A stretch of DNA of 64,000 bases from an uncultured Lachnospiraceae bacterium (GCA_910587935.1 CAJUNP010000013.1:2070-66069), one strand, 5' to 3'. Shown: positions 1-9,808, numbered from the stretch's first letter. Program-made: numbers and translations. Notes: generated from the letters alone by a model not told the origin.

Positions 1-2
1 GC

Positions 3-281
3 GTGGCAAACGCCTTTGAACAAATTTTGGAAGAAAAGATGCCCCGATTTCACCGATATGTTCGTCATTTTTATGATACCTATGGATTCCCCATTGCCAA
101 AAGGATCCACTCCCCCTGCCTGGCGGACATTATTTACGTTATCATGAAACCCTTGGAATGGCTTTTCCTGATGGCGCTCTATTTCACCGATGCCTGCCCC
201 GAAAACAGGATTGCCCTTCAATACATTCCCCCAAAAGAAGCCGCCCTTCTTCAAAAGAAAATCAAGGGCAAAAAAATCTAA
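3..281 (+). CDS. Hypothetical protein, C-terminal fragment (5' end lies upstream of the window)
   Basis: The frame is open from the window edge to TAA at 279-281. I cannot name any motif. Confidence 0.3.
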   Translation: MANAFEQILEEKMPRFHRYVRHFYDTYGFPIAKRIHSPCLADIIYVIMKPLEWLFLMALYFTDACPENRIALQYIPPKEAALLQKKIKGKKI

Positions 282-300
282 CAATAGAGAGGTACAACCT

Positions 301-783
301 ATGAATCAATCCAATCTTTCCAAATGTCTGAAAGGCGTCGTACTTGGCACAGCCGCTATCGGCGCGCTCGTTTACGGCTACATCCTTCCCGTATGCTGGC
401 GTATGGGTACGGCACAACATACCACGCTGGGAGGACAGACCTACTGGATCAGAATGATTTTCCTGTGGATTACGGCAGTTCCCTGCTATCTTGCCCTGAT
501 CGATGCATGGAAGCTGTTTACGGAAATCGGAAAAAACAATTCCTTCAGCTATGACAATGCAAAATACCTGAAAAACATTGCCAGACTGGCATTTCTTGAC
601 ACGGCCTACTACTTTGCAGGCAATTTGGCGCTGTTTTTGCTAGGCAGAAATCATCCCGCCGTTCTCCTGGCTTCGCTCCTGATTGACTTTGTGGGTATTG
701 CCGTGGGCGTTTTAAGCGCGGCTCTTTCCCACCTGGTGTATAAAGCCGCAGCCCTTAGAGAAGAAAATGAACTGACAATTTAA
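301..783 (+). CDS. DUF2975-like integral membrane protein
   Basis: ATG 301 lies 8 nt after AGAGAGG. The 160-aa product has about 4 hydrophobic helices (GVVLGTAAIGALVYGYILPV, IFLWITAVPCYLALI, YYFAGNLALFLL, LLASLLIDFVGIAVGVL). It sits directly upstream of a YozG-type HTH gene, which is the conserved DUF2975/YozG pairing. The 190-300 part of the tracked ORF overlaps the previous gene and is discounted. Confidence 0.55.
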   Translation: MNQSNLSKCLKGVVLGTAAIGALVYGYILPVCWRMGTAQHTTLGGQTYWIRMIFLWITAVPCYLALIDAWKLFTEIGKNNSFSYDNAKYLKNIARLAFLDTAYYFAGNLALFLLGRNHPAVLLASLLIDFVGIAVGVLSAALSHLVYKAAALREENELTI

Positions 784-808
784 AGAGAGCCATGCAGAGG
801 ATATAACC

Positions 809-1027
809 ATGATCATTATAAATATTGACGTCATGCTGGCCAAACGTAAGATGAGTGTGACAGAACTGTCGGAAAAAGTGGGAATTACCATGGCCAATGT
901 TTCCATTTTGAAAAACGGCAAGGCAAAAGCCATAAAACTGGATACCCTGAATAAAATCTGCGAAGCCCTGAACTGCCAGCCGGGTGATCTGTTAGAGTAC
1001 CGGACGGAACCGGAGACCTTCGAATAA
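809..1027 (+). CDS. XRE/Cro-C1 family helix-turn-helix transcriptional regulator (YozG-like)
   Basis: 72 aa with HTH MSVTELSEKVGITMANVSILKNGK and the typical ending LNKICEALNCQPGDLLEY. Confidence 0.8.
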   Translation: MIIINIDVMLAKRKMSVTELSEKVGITMANVSILKNGKAKAIKLDTLNKICEALNCQPGDLLEYRTEPETFE

Positions 1028-1111
1028 TCGGGGAAGTCTGTCCTTTTCATTGCGGAAATTGCCGGGCATGTGCTATACTGGAAAGCATCAAGCTAAAAGG
1101 ACGGGGTAACC

Positions 1112-4100
1112 ATGTTTACGAATTCGGATTTAAAGAATGAGTGCAGCCGCACTTTTTATCAGAGAGGAAACGATTTGTTCCGTATGGGATATGTGGATAG
1201 CCTGTCCATGCTCCCCCATGAGGATCTGGAGCAGCTTGTAACCGTCCGGGCCAAAGTGCGGGGCAGCAGCCGCAATCATTATGAGATAAAGCTGCAGATC
1301 GATGAAGAAATGGGTATTTTGGATGACTATACCTGCACCTGCCCTGCTTATTACAGCTATGATTCCATGTGCAAGCACTGCATTGCCGCAGCTCTTGCAT
1401 ACATTGCGAAACGCGGCCGGTTGGAAAAGTGTGACAAGAGTGTCATAAATGAGGTCGGATACACAGAATCCATGGAGACCGTGCCTGCCAGACAGGCGCT
1501 TTTTTCGGGAGGCGTTTTTGCTCAGGCAAAACACTCCCGGCTGATGCAGTATTACGATAAGCGGTCCAGACTGTCTCTGACACAGACCGCCTTAAAAGGA
1601 AAAGTGGAGCTGATTCCGGAGCTGACCGTGCGCTTTAACGAGATTCTTGTTTCCTTCCGGATCGGCGCAGACAAAAAATACGTATTAAAAAGTATTCCCG
1701 ATCTGGTCTGCGCCGCAGAAAATTCTACCGAAATTACGTACGGAAAACAATTATCTTTTGTTCCGGTTATGGAATGTTTTACTCCGGAAGCCCGCAGGCT
1801 CCTGCGTTTTCTGACGGCGGAAAAAGCACAGGAGACAAGCGGCGCGCGTTATGCCGGATATTATTCGTATTCAGCGGCCGCCGCCGACAAACGTTTTATT
1901 TCCCTGAAACAATCCAATATAGACGCGTTTATGGAGGCCCTGTGGGAGTCTCCCGTGCAGGTATGCTTTCAGGAACGGCAGACGGAGCCGTGGCTGCTGA
2001 AGGATTATGACGAGAACGAATGTAAAGAATCGCTTTCAGTCAAAGGATTTCCGGGAGGCGCCGTTTTAAAAGGGCAGCTTCCCTATGTTACCGCCGGCAT
2101 CCGTTTCTTTTACCTTTGGGCGGACGGCTGCATATACCGGGTAAACCGGGAAGAAAAAGAAGAACTCCTGGCTTTTTATCAGAATGTAGGAACCCTGGGG
2201 AATACACAACTGACAATTGTGTCGGAAGAACTGCCGACTTTCTGCAGAGAGGTTCTTCCTTTTCTGGAAGAAAACTTTCAAGTATCAAAAGAAAATTTTA
2301 ATGCCGAACTGTACCTGCCGCCCAAGCCGGAATTTGAAATTTATCTGGATTCTCCCGAAAAAGATATGATTACCTGCCGGCTGTTTGCCGTTTACGGAGA
2401 AAACAAATACAATGTTTACGCCAACATGAGCGGCAGGGCCATGCGGGATGAAGCGGCCGAGATCCGCATGGGACAGGCCGTGGCGGAGCATTTTCAAACA
2501 TATGATGCCGTAAACCACAGAATGATTCTGGACAAAACGGAAGACGGCCTGTACGAGTTCCTGACGGTCTCTATCGGAGAACTGCGGAATCTGGCCCAGA
2601 TTTATATTTCCGAGACCATTCGTGGGATGCAGGTATATGCGGCTCCGAAGGTAACGGTGGGAATCAGCCTTTCCGGGGATCTGCTGGAGTTTTCCGTGAA
2701 CGCGGAAGAAGAAAAACAAGGAAACGGGAACGGCGCTTCTTCCGGAATAACCTTCACCAGAGAACAGCTGGCGGAGATTTTGACCCGGTACGACAGAAAA
2801 CGCAAATATTTCCGGCTCAGAGACGGTATGTTCGTCAACATGGAGGGAAGCGGCCTGGAAACCCTTTCCCACATTCGGGAGACCCTGCAGCTTACGGAAA
2901 AGGAGTTAAAAAGCGGAAGCGTTCTCCTGCCCAAGTTCCGGGCCTTATACCTGGATAACGAACTAAGGCAGAATATCGGACTACATACGGTTAAAGATAA
3001 AAATTTCAAGTCACTGATCCGCAGCATGAAAACCATAGAAGACAATGATTTTGAAGTGCCGTCTTCCTTGGGGAATGTTCTCAGAGAATATCAGAAACAG
3101 GGATTTTTATGGATCAAAACCTTAGAGGCCAACGGATTCGGAGGAATCCTGGCGGATGAAATGGGACTTGGCAAAACGCTTCAGGTCATTGCCTTTTTGC
3201 TTTCCGGACAGGAGGAGGGAGAAGAGCGGGAAAGCCTCATTGTCTGTCCGGCTTCCCTGGTTTACAATTGGAAAACCGAGTTTGAACGTTTTGCGCCCGG
3301 TATACGGGCGGTAACGGTGACGGGAACGGCAAAGGAACGCGGAGAATTGATTGAGAAGGAAGAAAAAGCCAGAATTCTCATTACATCCTACGACCTGCTG
3401 AAAAGAGACAGCGAGGTTTACGAACATAAAAAATTTGCCTGTCAGATCATCGACGAAGCCCAGTACATTAAAAATCATGCCACCCATGCCGCAAAAGCAG
3501 TCAAAGCGGTGCAGGCAGGATTTAAGCTGGCGCTTACGGGGACGCCTATCGAAAACCGCCTCAGCGAATTGTGGAGTATCTTTGACTATCTGATGCCGGG
3601 ATTTTTGTATGGTTACCAGCGTTTCCGTGAAGAATGGGAGAGCCCCATTGTACAGCAGTCCGATGCGGACGTAACTGGCAGACTGCGCAAAATGGTCAGT
3701 CCCTTTATCCTGCGGAGACTGAAACGTGACGTTTTAAGAGATCTGCCGGATAAGTTGGAAGAAACGATGGTTGCCGGACTGACCGGAGAGCAGGAACAGC
3801 TTTATGCGGCCCATGTGCAGCGTATCCGTATGCTGCTGGAGGATAAGACGGAAGCCGAATTCAACAGCGGCAAACTGCAGATCTTAGCGGAACTCACCAA
3901 ACTGCGCCAGATCTGCTGTGATCCCGCGCTGCTGCTTGAGGGGTATGAGGGCGGATCAGCCAAGCTGGAGCTTTGTCTGGATATCCTTAAAAACGCTCTC
4001 GACGGCGGACACAAGGTATTGATTTTTTCCCAGTTTACCACTATGCTGCAAAGAATTCAGGAAAGACTGAAAGAAAACGGTATCCAATATTACAGCCTTA

Positions 4101-4468
4101 CGGGAGCCGTCCCCAAGGAAAGCAGGGCAAGAATGGTAGAAGCCTTTAATAAAGATAATGTTCCTGTTTTCTGCATATCCCTCAAGGCGGGAGGAACGGG
4201 ACTGAATCTGACGGCCGCCGACGTGGTGATCCACTACGATCCCTGGTGGAACATTTCCGTACAGAACCAGGCCACAGACCGGGCTCACCGGATTGGGCAG
4301 AAGCAGGCGGTTAATGTATATAAATTGATAGCGAAAGATACGATAGAAGAAAAGATCTTGAAGCTCCAGGAAAAAAAGAGCGCTTTGGCGGAGGAAATGC
4401 TGGGAGGAGAAGAGATCAAAGCGGCTTCCTTTAAAAAAGAAGATTTGCTGCAATTATTGGCCCGTTAA
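1112..4468 (+). CDS. SNF2-family DEAD/DEAH helicase with N-terminal SWIM zinc finger
   Basis: 1118 aa. SWIM motif CTCPAYYSYDSMCKHC. Helicase motifs ILADEMGLGKT (I), IIDEAQYIKN (II), LALTGTPIENRL (III) and QATDRAHRIGQ (VI). RBS AAAGGACGGGG lies before the ATG. Confidence 0.9.
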   Translation: MFTNSDLKNECSRTFYQRGNDLFRMGYVDSLSMLPHEDLEQLVTVRAKVRGSSRNHYEIKLQIDEEMGILDDYTCTCPAYYSYDSMCKHCIAAALAYIAKRGRLEKCDKSVINEVGYTESMETVPARQALFSGGVFAQAKHSRLMQYYDKRSRLSLTQTALKGKVELIPELTVRFNEILVSFRIGADKKYVLKSIPDLVCAAENSTEITYGKQLSFVPVMECFTPEARRLLRFLTAEKAQETSGARYAGYYSYSAAAADKRFISLKQSNIDAFMEALWESPVQVCFQERQTEPWLLKDYDENECKESLSVKGFPGGAVLKGQLPYVTAGIRFFYLWADGCIYRVNREEKEELLAFYQNVGTLGNTQLTIVSEELPTFCREVLPFLEENFQVSKENFNAELYLPPKPEFEIYLDSPEKDMITCRLFAVYGENKYNVYANMSGRAMRDEAAEIRMGQAVAEHFQTYDAVNHRMILDKTEDGLYEFLTVSIGELRNLAQIYISETIRGMQVYAAPKVTVGISLSGDLLEFSVNAEEEKQGNGNGASSGITFTREQLAEILTRYDRKRKYFRLRDGMFVNMEGSGLETLSHIRETLQLTEKELKSGSVLLPKFRALYLDNELRQNIGLHTVKDKNFKSLIRSMKTIEDNDFEVPSSLGNVLREYQKQGFLWIKTLEANGFGGILADEMGLGKTLQVIAFLLSGQEEGEERESLIVCPASLVYNWKTEFERFAPGIRAVTVTGTAKERGELIEKEEKARILITSYDLLKRDSEVYEHKKFACQIIDEAQYIKNHATHAAKAVKAVQAGFKLALTGTPIENRLSELWSIFDYLMPGFLYGYQRFREEWESPIVQQSDADVTGRLRKMVSPFILRRLKRDVLRDLPDKLEETMVAGLTGEQEQLYAAHVQRIRMLLEDKTEAEFNSGKLQILAELTKLRQICCDPALLLEGYEGGSAKLELCLDILKNALDGGHKVLIFSQFTTMLQRIQERLKENGIQYYSLTGAVPKESRARMVEAFNKDNVPVFCISLKAGGTGLNLTAADVVIHYDPWWNISVQNQATDRAHRIGQKQAVNVYKLIAKDTIEEKILKLQEKKSALAEEMLGGEEIKAASFKKEDLLQLLAR

Positions 4469-4989
4469 AGCGTTTTACACAGAATATTCCGGGGAAGGCC
4501 GCCGTATTTGAAAGTGGTCTTGACAATCTGATAGCCAAGCTTTCGGGCGTTTTGGAGACTGAACCGGTTTTCCGGATGAATTGTGCATAATAGATATGCA
4601 TAACCCTGCCTGATACAGTCCGCTTCGGCCTTCTCCATAAGCCTGGCCTGCAGTCCGTTTCCCCTGTAGTCCGGCAGGATTACCGCCGTATCCATATGAA
4701 CGCTTTTTAACAGGTCTTCTTCGGAAAATCCCAGATCGTGTCCCAGATTTTCTTCGGAAAGCCCCGGTACGGTAACCATAAAAATGCCGGCAAGGCGGCC
4801 GGTTTCGCTTTCTTTTGCCGTATAAACAAAAGCTGTTTTCTCCTGAAAACGTTTCATTATGACATCATCGTCATCCATGGCAAACCAGGTTTTATCCGGC
4901 ATATCCTGCCGGATTTTTTTAATAAATTCGATATAAGAATACATGGTATCTTTGGATAAAAGTTTATTTTTTTCTATATCAAACTGCAT
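4465..4989 (-). CDS. GNAT family N-acetyltransferase
   Basis: 174 aa. Acetyl-CoA pocket-type motif LPDYRGNGLQARLMEKAE followed by LLCTIHPENRFSLQNARKLGY. Its stop codon shares the TTAA at 4465-4468 with the convergent SNF2 gene. Confidence 0.75.
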   Translation of the reverse strand: MQFDIEKNKLLSKDTMYSYIEFIKKIRQDMPDKTWFAMDDDDVIMKRFQEKTAFVYTAKESETGRLAGIFMVTVPGLSEENLGHDLGFSEEDLLKSVHMDTAVILPDYRGNGLQARLMEKAEADCIRQGYAYLLCTIHPENRFSLQNARKLGYQIVKTTFKYGGLPRNILCKTL

Positions 4990-5047
4990 AAAAGAACAAT
5001 CCCGTCCCGTTTTATTTTAGATGCGGGCCCCGTTGCCGGATTTCGGA

Positions 5048-5638
5048 TCAGGGCTTTGTCTCTGGTAAAGCTTCTTCGGCAATTTTACGCTTTGTTTCCT
5101 TAACACATGCATCCTGCAGACATTCTAAAAAGGGAAGTCCCTGAACGCTCTTTGCGGCGTAGGTCTGCTGCAGTTCGTATTCCAGGGGCAGCCATGTGCC
5201 AATATCCGATTCATTGTGCTGAATCACCGCTTCCAGCTTATCAAGCGCTTTGTAAACGCGTGCTTCCTTTGTTTCAAGGGCGTCCATTTCCGCAAACATT
5301 GCGGAAAGTTCCCGGTAGAGTGAATCAGGCAGGATGCGCAGAAGTCCGTCGATTGCCTGCCTTTCCGCGGCTTCGTGCTCCCCGGTCTTTTCAAAAGTAG
5401 GAATATCGCCCGTAACGGCTTCTCCGATATCATGAATCAGACACATTTTAATGACTCTGTCCATATCCACGTCCGGGAATTCGTCACGGATCAGAAAAGC
5501 CGTCACAGCGGTCCGCCAGCTGTGCGCGGCGACGTTTTCCTGAATTCCGTCGGCGGTTACACAATGCCTGGGAACGGATTTCAGTTTCTCTATTTTATTC
5601 AAAAAGGATAATAATGTTTCCACAGATAAATCAGACAT
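5048..5638 (-). CDS. HD-domain phosphohydrolase (HD_3 / YfbR-like)
   Basis: 196 aa. Metal-ligand pattern AAHSWRTAV ... LIHDIGEAVTGDIP ... ALDKLEAVIQH. Confidence 0.75.
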   Translation of the reverse strand: MSDLSVETLLSFLNKIEKLKSVPRHCVTADGIQENVAAHSWRTAVTAFLIRDEFPDVDMDRVIKMCLIHDIGEAVTGDIPTFEKTGEHEAAERQAIDGLLRILPDSLYRELSAMFAEMDALETKEARVYKALDKLEAVIQHNESDIGTWLPLEYELQQTYAAKSVQGLPFLECLQDACVKETKRKIAEEALPETKP

Positions 5639-5667
5639 AAATCATACCCGGCGCTTTCTTTTCCTTA

Positions 5668-6204
5668 CTAAAATACTTCGATCTGACACATTTTCATGGT
5701 AGTAAGAGCCGCTTCATGGCTTTCCGGTGTAACGCCGGCACAGCAGGAGCCGTCTACCTTGACGTTAATTTCGGGCATAGCCGCCTTTACAAGCAGCGCA
5801 TTGGAAACGACGCATATGTCGGTACAGAGTCCGATTAACTCTACCGAAAAAGCTTCGCCGGCAGAATCCATAGAACGGTATTCTTTTGTCAAAAGCTCCA
5901 TAAGCGCAGTAGAACCAAAAGTGGGTTTATGTACTACGGTTGCTCCTGCAAGAGCCGCTTTCAGGTCTTCCTGTAACTCCCAGCCCCAGGTTCCTTCCAC
6001 ACAGTGTACGACGGGAAGGTGTCTTCCCTCATTGGTTTCCAGATAATTCGACTGATGGGTATCCATTGTGACATAAATGTCTTTTATATCATAAGTGTCA
6101 ATTTTGTCAAGTACTTTCGGAACAATCCGGACAGCTTCCTGCGTTCCCAGAGAACCGCTGATAAAATCATTCTGCATATCAACTACAACTAAAATTTTGC
6201 GCAT
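5668..6204 (-). CDS. Isochorismatase-family cysteine hydrolase, nicotinamidase (PncA)-like
   Basis: 178 aa. Catalytic triad context VVVDMQNDF (Asp), HKPTF (Lys), GLCTDICV (Cys). Nicotinamidase-like LPVVHCVEGTWGWE. Confidence 0.75.
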   Translation of the reverse strand: MRKILVVVDMQNDFISGSLGTQEAVRIVPKVLDKIDTYDIKDIYVTMDTHQSNYLETNEGRHLPVVHCVEGTWGWELQEDLKAALAGATVVHKPTFGSTALMELLTKEYRSMDSAGEAFSVELIGLCTDICVVSNALLVKAAMPEINVKVDGSCCAGVTPESHEAALTTMKMCQIEVF

Positions 6205-6215
6205 AAGTAAACTCC

Positions 6216-6446
6216 TTAAGAATTATCTTCCGATAGAATTTCCGATACTTTTTCCGTGGTCTTCCCTCCGTCAAGCTCATCACGAATAATATAACAGTCA
6301 TTGGCGCTGCTGCCGGCGCGTTTTTTGCCGAGAGCGGCAGTGCTGCATCCGGACAAAATTTCCATGGTCAGGATAAACAGAATAATAAATGCTGTAATAA
6401 TGAAAAAACGGCTGTTGTTCCAGATTTTGGTGCTGTCTTCTCTCAT
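6216..6446 (-). CDS. Small putative lipoprotein
   Basis: ATG at 6446 is preceded by GGAGGAT. Signal peptide FFIITAFIILFILTMEILSGC carries a lipobox (LSGC). No functional motif. Confidence 0.45.
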   Translation of the reverse strand: MREDSTKIWNNSRFFIITAFIILFILTMEILSGCSTAALGKKRAGSSANDCYIIRDELDGGKTTEKVSEILSEDNS

Positions 6447-6560
6447 TGCGATCCTCCAGAACACCCAAACGGTGAAAATATAGTTGCTATTATTTAAAGC
6501 ATATCACGAAGAGCCCCGGTTTACCACTTAATATTTTCTTAATATTTCTTCAAGAAAAGC

Positions 6561-6598
6561 AAAAAACGACGCATTTCTGCGTGAAAGCGTCGTTTTTT
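6561..6598. terminator. Rho-independent terminator (works on both strands)
   Basis: Stem ACGACGC (6566-6572) pairs with GCGTCGT (6587-6593). It is flanked by an A-run on one side and a T-run on the other, and lies just downstream of the minus-strand YbjQ gene. Confidence 0.65.
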
Positions 6599-6625
6599 GT
6601 TGTAATAATTTTTTCATATTCTGAC

Positions 6626-6946
6626 TTAAACAAACTTAACGGCCGTTCCGTAAGCCATAACCTCTGCAGCTCCCTGCATAACTGCAGCCGAACTGTACCG
6701 AAGGTTGACTACGGCGTCCGCTCCGAGCCCTTCCGCTTCCTCAACCATACGCTTGGTGGCAAGGGCTCTTGCGTCGTTCATCATCTCCGTGTAAGCTTTT
6801 AATTCGCCGCCCACAAGAGTTTTAAAGCCCTGCGTGATATCGCGGCCTACGTTTTTACTCTGAATCGTGCTTCCTTTTACAAGACCCAGCATTTCCAGAT
6901 TTTTACCTGAAATGTAATCAGTATTTACTAAGATCATCTTCTTCAC
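6626..6946 (-). CDS. YbjQ/UPF0145 family protein
   Basis: 106 aa. Family-typical sequence ILVNTDYISGKNLEMLGLVKGSTIQSKNVGRDITQGFKTLVGGELKAYTEMMNDARALATKRMVEEAEGLGADAVVNLRY. The start could instead be ATG 6937. Confidence 0.8.
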   Translation of the reverse strand: MKKMILVNTDYISGKNLEMLGLVKGSTIQSKNVGRDITQGFKTLVGGELKAYTEMMNDARALATKRMVEEAEGLGADAVVNLRYSSAAVMQGAAEVMAYGTAVKFV

Positions 6947-7148
6947 CGCTCCTTATTTCATGTATCCGTTCTATCAGAACGAAAATACACACGCCTGCGA
7001 GGAGAAGCGGAATCAGTCCGAACAACAGCTTTAAAATAAAGGGCATGGGCATCCATGCGCAGACAGCAAAAAATCCAACATAATACAGCACAAGGATTAC
7101 CGTGATAACCACGGGCGCAATCATTTTATTGCGGTGAGTCTGATTCAT
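6918..7148 (-). CDS. Small membrane protein (2 TM helices), unknown function
   Basis: ATG 7148 lies 6 nt after AGGAGG. Hydrophobic segments MIAPVVITVILVLYYVGFFAVCAW and LLFGLIPLLLAGVCIFVLI. Its 3' end overlaps the YbjQ start. Confidence 0.45.
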   Translation of the reverse strand: MNQTHRNKMIAPVVITVILVLYYVGFFAVCAWMPMPFILKLLFGLIPLLLAGVCIFVLIERIHEIRSGEEDDLSKY

Positions 7149-7263
7149 AAACATCCTCCTGACAAAAGCGTCGTCAACTGTTACCGTAATATTATAGCAC
7201 ATGCCGTATACTCCCGTAAAGTGTTGCTGCGGTTTGTCATATCGCGTATTTTCAGGACAATTT

Positions 7264-7509
7264 TCAGCGGTTATTTTCTTTTTCGCGGTACTTTTTTTGG
7301 CGCATGTCTTCTCTCAAAAGATCGTCCAACTCGGGTTCTTTTTGTCTGCGTGACTGAAACAGTCCGATCAGAATGCAAAATGCTGCCGGAACGGCGCTGA
7401 TCCAGAACGCCCATGACGGCGCTTCAGGATCGGCCATGGACCAGAATAAATACGGCATATAAAGTAACATTCCCACAAGAACCAGACGAAATCCTGTTAT
7501 ATTTTTCAT
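7264..7509 (-). CDS. Small membrane protein, unknown function
   Basis: ATG 7509 follows GGAAGGGA. Two hydrophobic helices (FRLVLVGMLLYMPYLF, AFWISAVPAAFCILIGLF) and a basic C-terminal tail. The start is uncertain; the ORF is open to 7542. Confidence 0.4.
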   Translation of the reverse strand: MKNITGFRLVLVGMLLYMPYLFWSMADPEAPSWAFWISAVPAAFCILIGLFQSRRQKEPELDDLLREDMRQKKYREKENNR

Positions 7510-7907
7510 ATTACTCATCCCTTCCGGGCATAAAGAGCCCATTATTGTCTGCGTATATGATTACCCTCAAAATCTTTAGTATACAAATCCATATACAGGG
7601 TCACTTCTTTTAAGTTTTTTTGCCGCCTATGGTATAAGGAATATAAACGACGCCATGCTGGTCAAAGCTGATAACCGATTCGCCCTCGTTTAGGGAGTTT
7701 GGCGTCACTCTTCGGTAGCGCCGTTGTAAACAGGATCTGCATGATAACATGAAATACGGGTAACCTGGCCGGTAGAAGGTATGGCCGTACGGATGCTTTG
7801 TATATGGACTCATTATTGCATGAAAAAAGAAATGCGTCAATGTTGCGAATGGGAATACACAGTGCTAAAATTAAAATATAAATTATGTATAACAGGAGGA
7901 CGCAGAA

Positions 7908-8750
7908 ATGGCACTGATTCAGGCAAATATTTTTTCGGAATGTCTTATGAGAACCATTCCCGTTCACGCCGTGATCCCTTCGGATAAGGTTGTGATGCCG
8001 GGGGAAGGACCAAAAAAGAAAAAGAACTTCAAAACCCTGTACCTGCTTAACGGACTGATGGGCAATGACACAGACTGGGTGACGGGCACACGTATCGAAC
8101 GGTGGGCAAAAGACAAAGATCTGGCTGTTATTATGCCGGGCGGAGAGAATCGTTTTTACATAGATCAGGATATTCCCGGTCAGAAGTACGGCGAATGGAT
8201 TGGCAGGGAACTGGTGGAGCTGACCAGGGCGCTTTTCCCTCTATCCGATAAAAAGGAGGATACCTTTATTGCAGGACTTTCCATGGGCGGTTACGGCGCG
8301 TTGGTGAACGGACTAAAATATTCCGATACCTACAGCCATATCGGAGCGCTTTCTTCGGCGCTGATTCTGGATACGGTTGAAGCGTCTTCCTATGACGCTC
8401 CATGGATTACCACGAACCGGTACTATTTTGAACATGTCTTTGGAGACATTGGTAAACTGAGGGGCAGCGATAAGGATTATGAAGCCTTAATCCTGCAACT
8501 GAAAAAGGAGAATCGTGAGATTCCGAAACTGTATATGGCTATCGGTACGGAAGACGAACTGCTCATTGAAGCAAACCGCCGTTACAGGGATTTTCTGGAG
8601 GAACAGAATGTGCCTGTAGAATATGTGGAAGCGCCTGGCGCCCATGAATGGGATTTCTGGGACTCTCAGATTAAGAAGGTACTGGATTGGCTGCCTTTGG
8701 GCGAGGTCTGTGAGGGACTTAGCAGCGGGCATGTTCAGGTGGATAAGTAA
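7908..8750 (+). CDS. Alpha/beta hydrolase, putative esterase family (EstA / S-formylglutathione-hydrolase-like)
   Basis: 280 aa. RBS AGGAGGA lies 7 nt upstream. Nucleophile elbow GLSMGGYGAL. C-terminal PGAHEWDFW is typical of the PF00756-type esterases. Confidence 0.75.
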   Translation: MALIQANIFSECLMRTIPVHAVIPSDKVVMPGEGPKKKKNFKTLYLLNGLMGNDTDWVTGTRIERWAKDKDLAVIMPGGENRFYIDQDIPGQKYGEWIGRELVELTRALFPLSDKKEDTFIAGLSMGGYGALVNGLKYSDTYSHIGALSSALILDTVEASSYDAPWITTNRYYFEHVFGDIGKLRGSDKDYEALILQLKKENREIPKLYMAIGTEDELLIEANRRYRDFLEEQNVPVEYVEAPGAHEWDFWDSQIKKVLDWLPLGEVCEGLSSGHVQVDK

Positions 8751-8813
8751 TAACAAACAACAGCCTCGCAGATCCCGGCAATACTCAGATTTCCGCGAGG
8801 CTGTTTCCGGCTT

Positions 8814-9776
8814 CTATTTTTTCGCCTTTGCCTTGGCGGCCGCGTCCTTTAAACTGACGGCATTTCCTTTCACCACAATTTCCGGCATACTGCGCAGGAA
8901 GCTGGAAATTCGGCTGTATCCATAGTCCTTCAGGTCAAAATCAGGATATTTCTTTTTCAGATAATCATAAATAACCGAGAGGTTATCGATAGTTCCGCCG
9001 TTTTTCTCAATCATTTTGATAATCTTGTCATGAAGCACTACTGCATTCGCTTCCAGGACACTGACGTTATAGCTGGAATTTTCTTTGGAGATTTCCAGCT
9101 TGGGGCACTTATCGCGGATAAAAGTCATAAGCTTTGTGTAACCGTAGTTACGCACGTCAAAATCTGTAAATCTGCTGTTTAAACGGCTGCCGATTTCGCC
9201 CATATAGGTGGGTTTTCCGTTGTTTTCATTTTCATTGACAATGGCAATGATCGCATCTTCAATTTCACTGATGGAGGTCATCGTGTTAGATTTGCTGGCG
9301 TCAGCAATATCGCCGGCAGCGGCGCTTGAGGCCTGCTCCGAAATCAGGTTAAGACGGATGAATTTATTACAGGCTTTCGTCAGAGCCGTAGGCGTTTTCG
9401 ATTCTCCCATGCCGATCACATACATATTGGCTTCCCGAAGCCGCATGGCAAGCCGCGTAAAATCGCTGTCGCTTGTAATCAGGCAGAAACCGTCAACATT
9501 GCCGGAATAGAGAATATCCATAGCGTCGATCACCATGGTCATATCGGTGGAATTTTTGCCGGTGGTATAATTAAACTGCTGAACCGGTGTAATGGAATTT
9601 TCCAGCAAAACCTCTTCGTTCCAGCCGTTATTTTTTGACCAGTTCCCATAGATCCGGCGGTAGGACGCAAAACCGTACGTTTCCAGTTCGTTAAATATAA
9701 TCGGTGCGTACCTGGAACTTACGTTGTCTGAATCGATCAGCACGGCAATCCGCATTTTTTTTTCTGTAATGTTCAT
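8814..9776 (-). CDS. NYN-domain (LabA/DUF88-like) protein with two OST-HTH/LOTUS domains
   Basis: ATG 9776 follows GGAGGTTGTT. NYN motifs RIAVLIDSDNV and FCLITSDSDFTRLAMRLRE. Two LOTUS-like repeats (YMGEIGSRLNSRFTDFDVRNYGYTKLMTFI and LSVIYDYLKKKYPDFDLKDYGYSRISSFL). The 9777-9896 extension in the ORF track has no RBS support. Confidence 0.75.
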   Translation of the reverse strand: MNITEKKMRIAVLIDSDNVSSRYAPIIFNELETYGFASYRRIYGNWSKNNGWNEEVLLENSITPVQQFNYTTGKNSTDMTMVIDAMDILYSGNVDGFCLITSDSDFTRLAMRLREANMYVIGMGESKTPTALTKACNKFIRLNLISEQASSAAAGDIADASKSNTMTSISEIEDAIIAIVNENENNGKPTYMGEIGSRLNSRFTDFDVRNYGYTKLMTFIRDKCPKLEISKENSSYNVSVLEANAVVLHDKIIKMIEKNGGTIDNLSVIYDYLKKKYPDFDLKDYGYSRISSFLRSMPEIVVKGNAVSLKDAAAKAKAKK

Positions 9777-9808
9777 AACAACCTCCATATTTATCAAAAG
9801 TAAAGAAA

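Noticed and set aside
190-300. Upstream extension of the DUF2975 ORF (and ORF 324-554)
   Set aside because: The extension overlaps the preceding gene's 3' end, and ATG 301 has the RBS. ORF 324-554 is an out-of-frame overlap with Arg-rich composition.
2285-3045. 195-aa and 147-aa minus-strand ORFs
   Set aside because: Antisense to the SNF2 helicase gene, with no independent support.
4465-4468. Convergent SNF2 and GNAT genes share the tetranucleotide TTAA as both stop codons, with no terminator between them
   Set aside because: It is real but is a trivial consequence of compact gene packing, and I can read no functional implication from the sequence.
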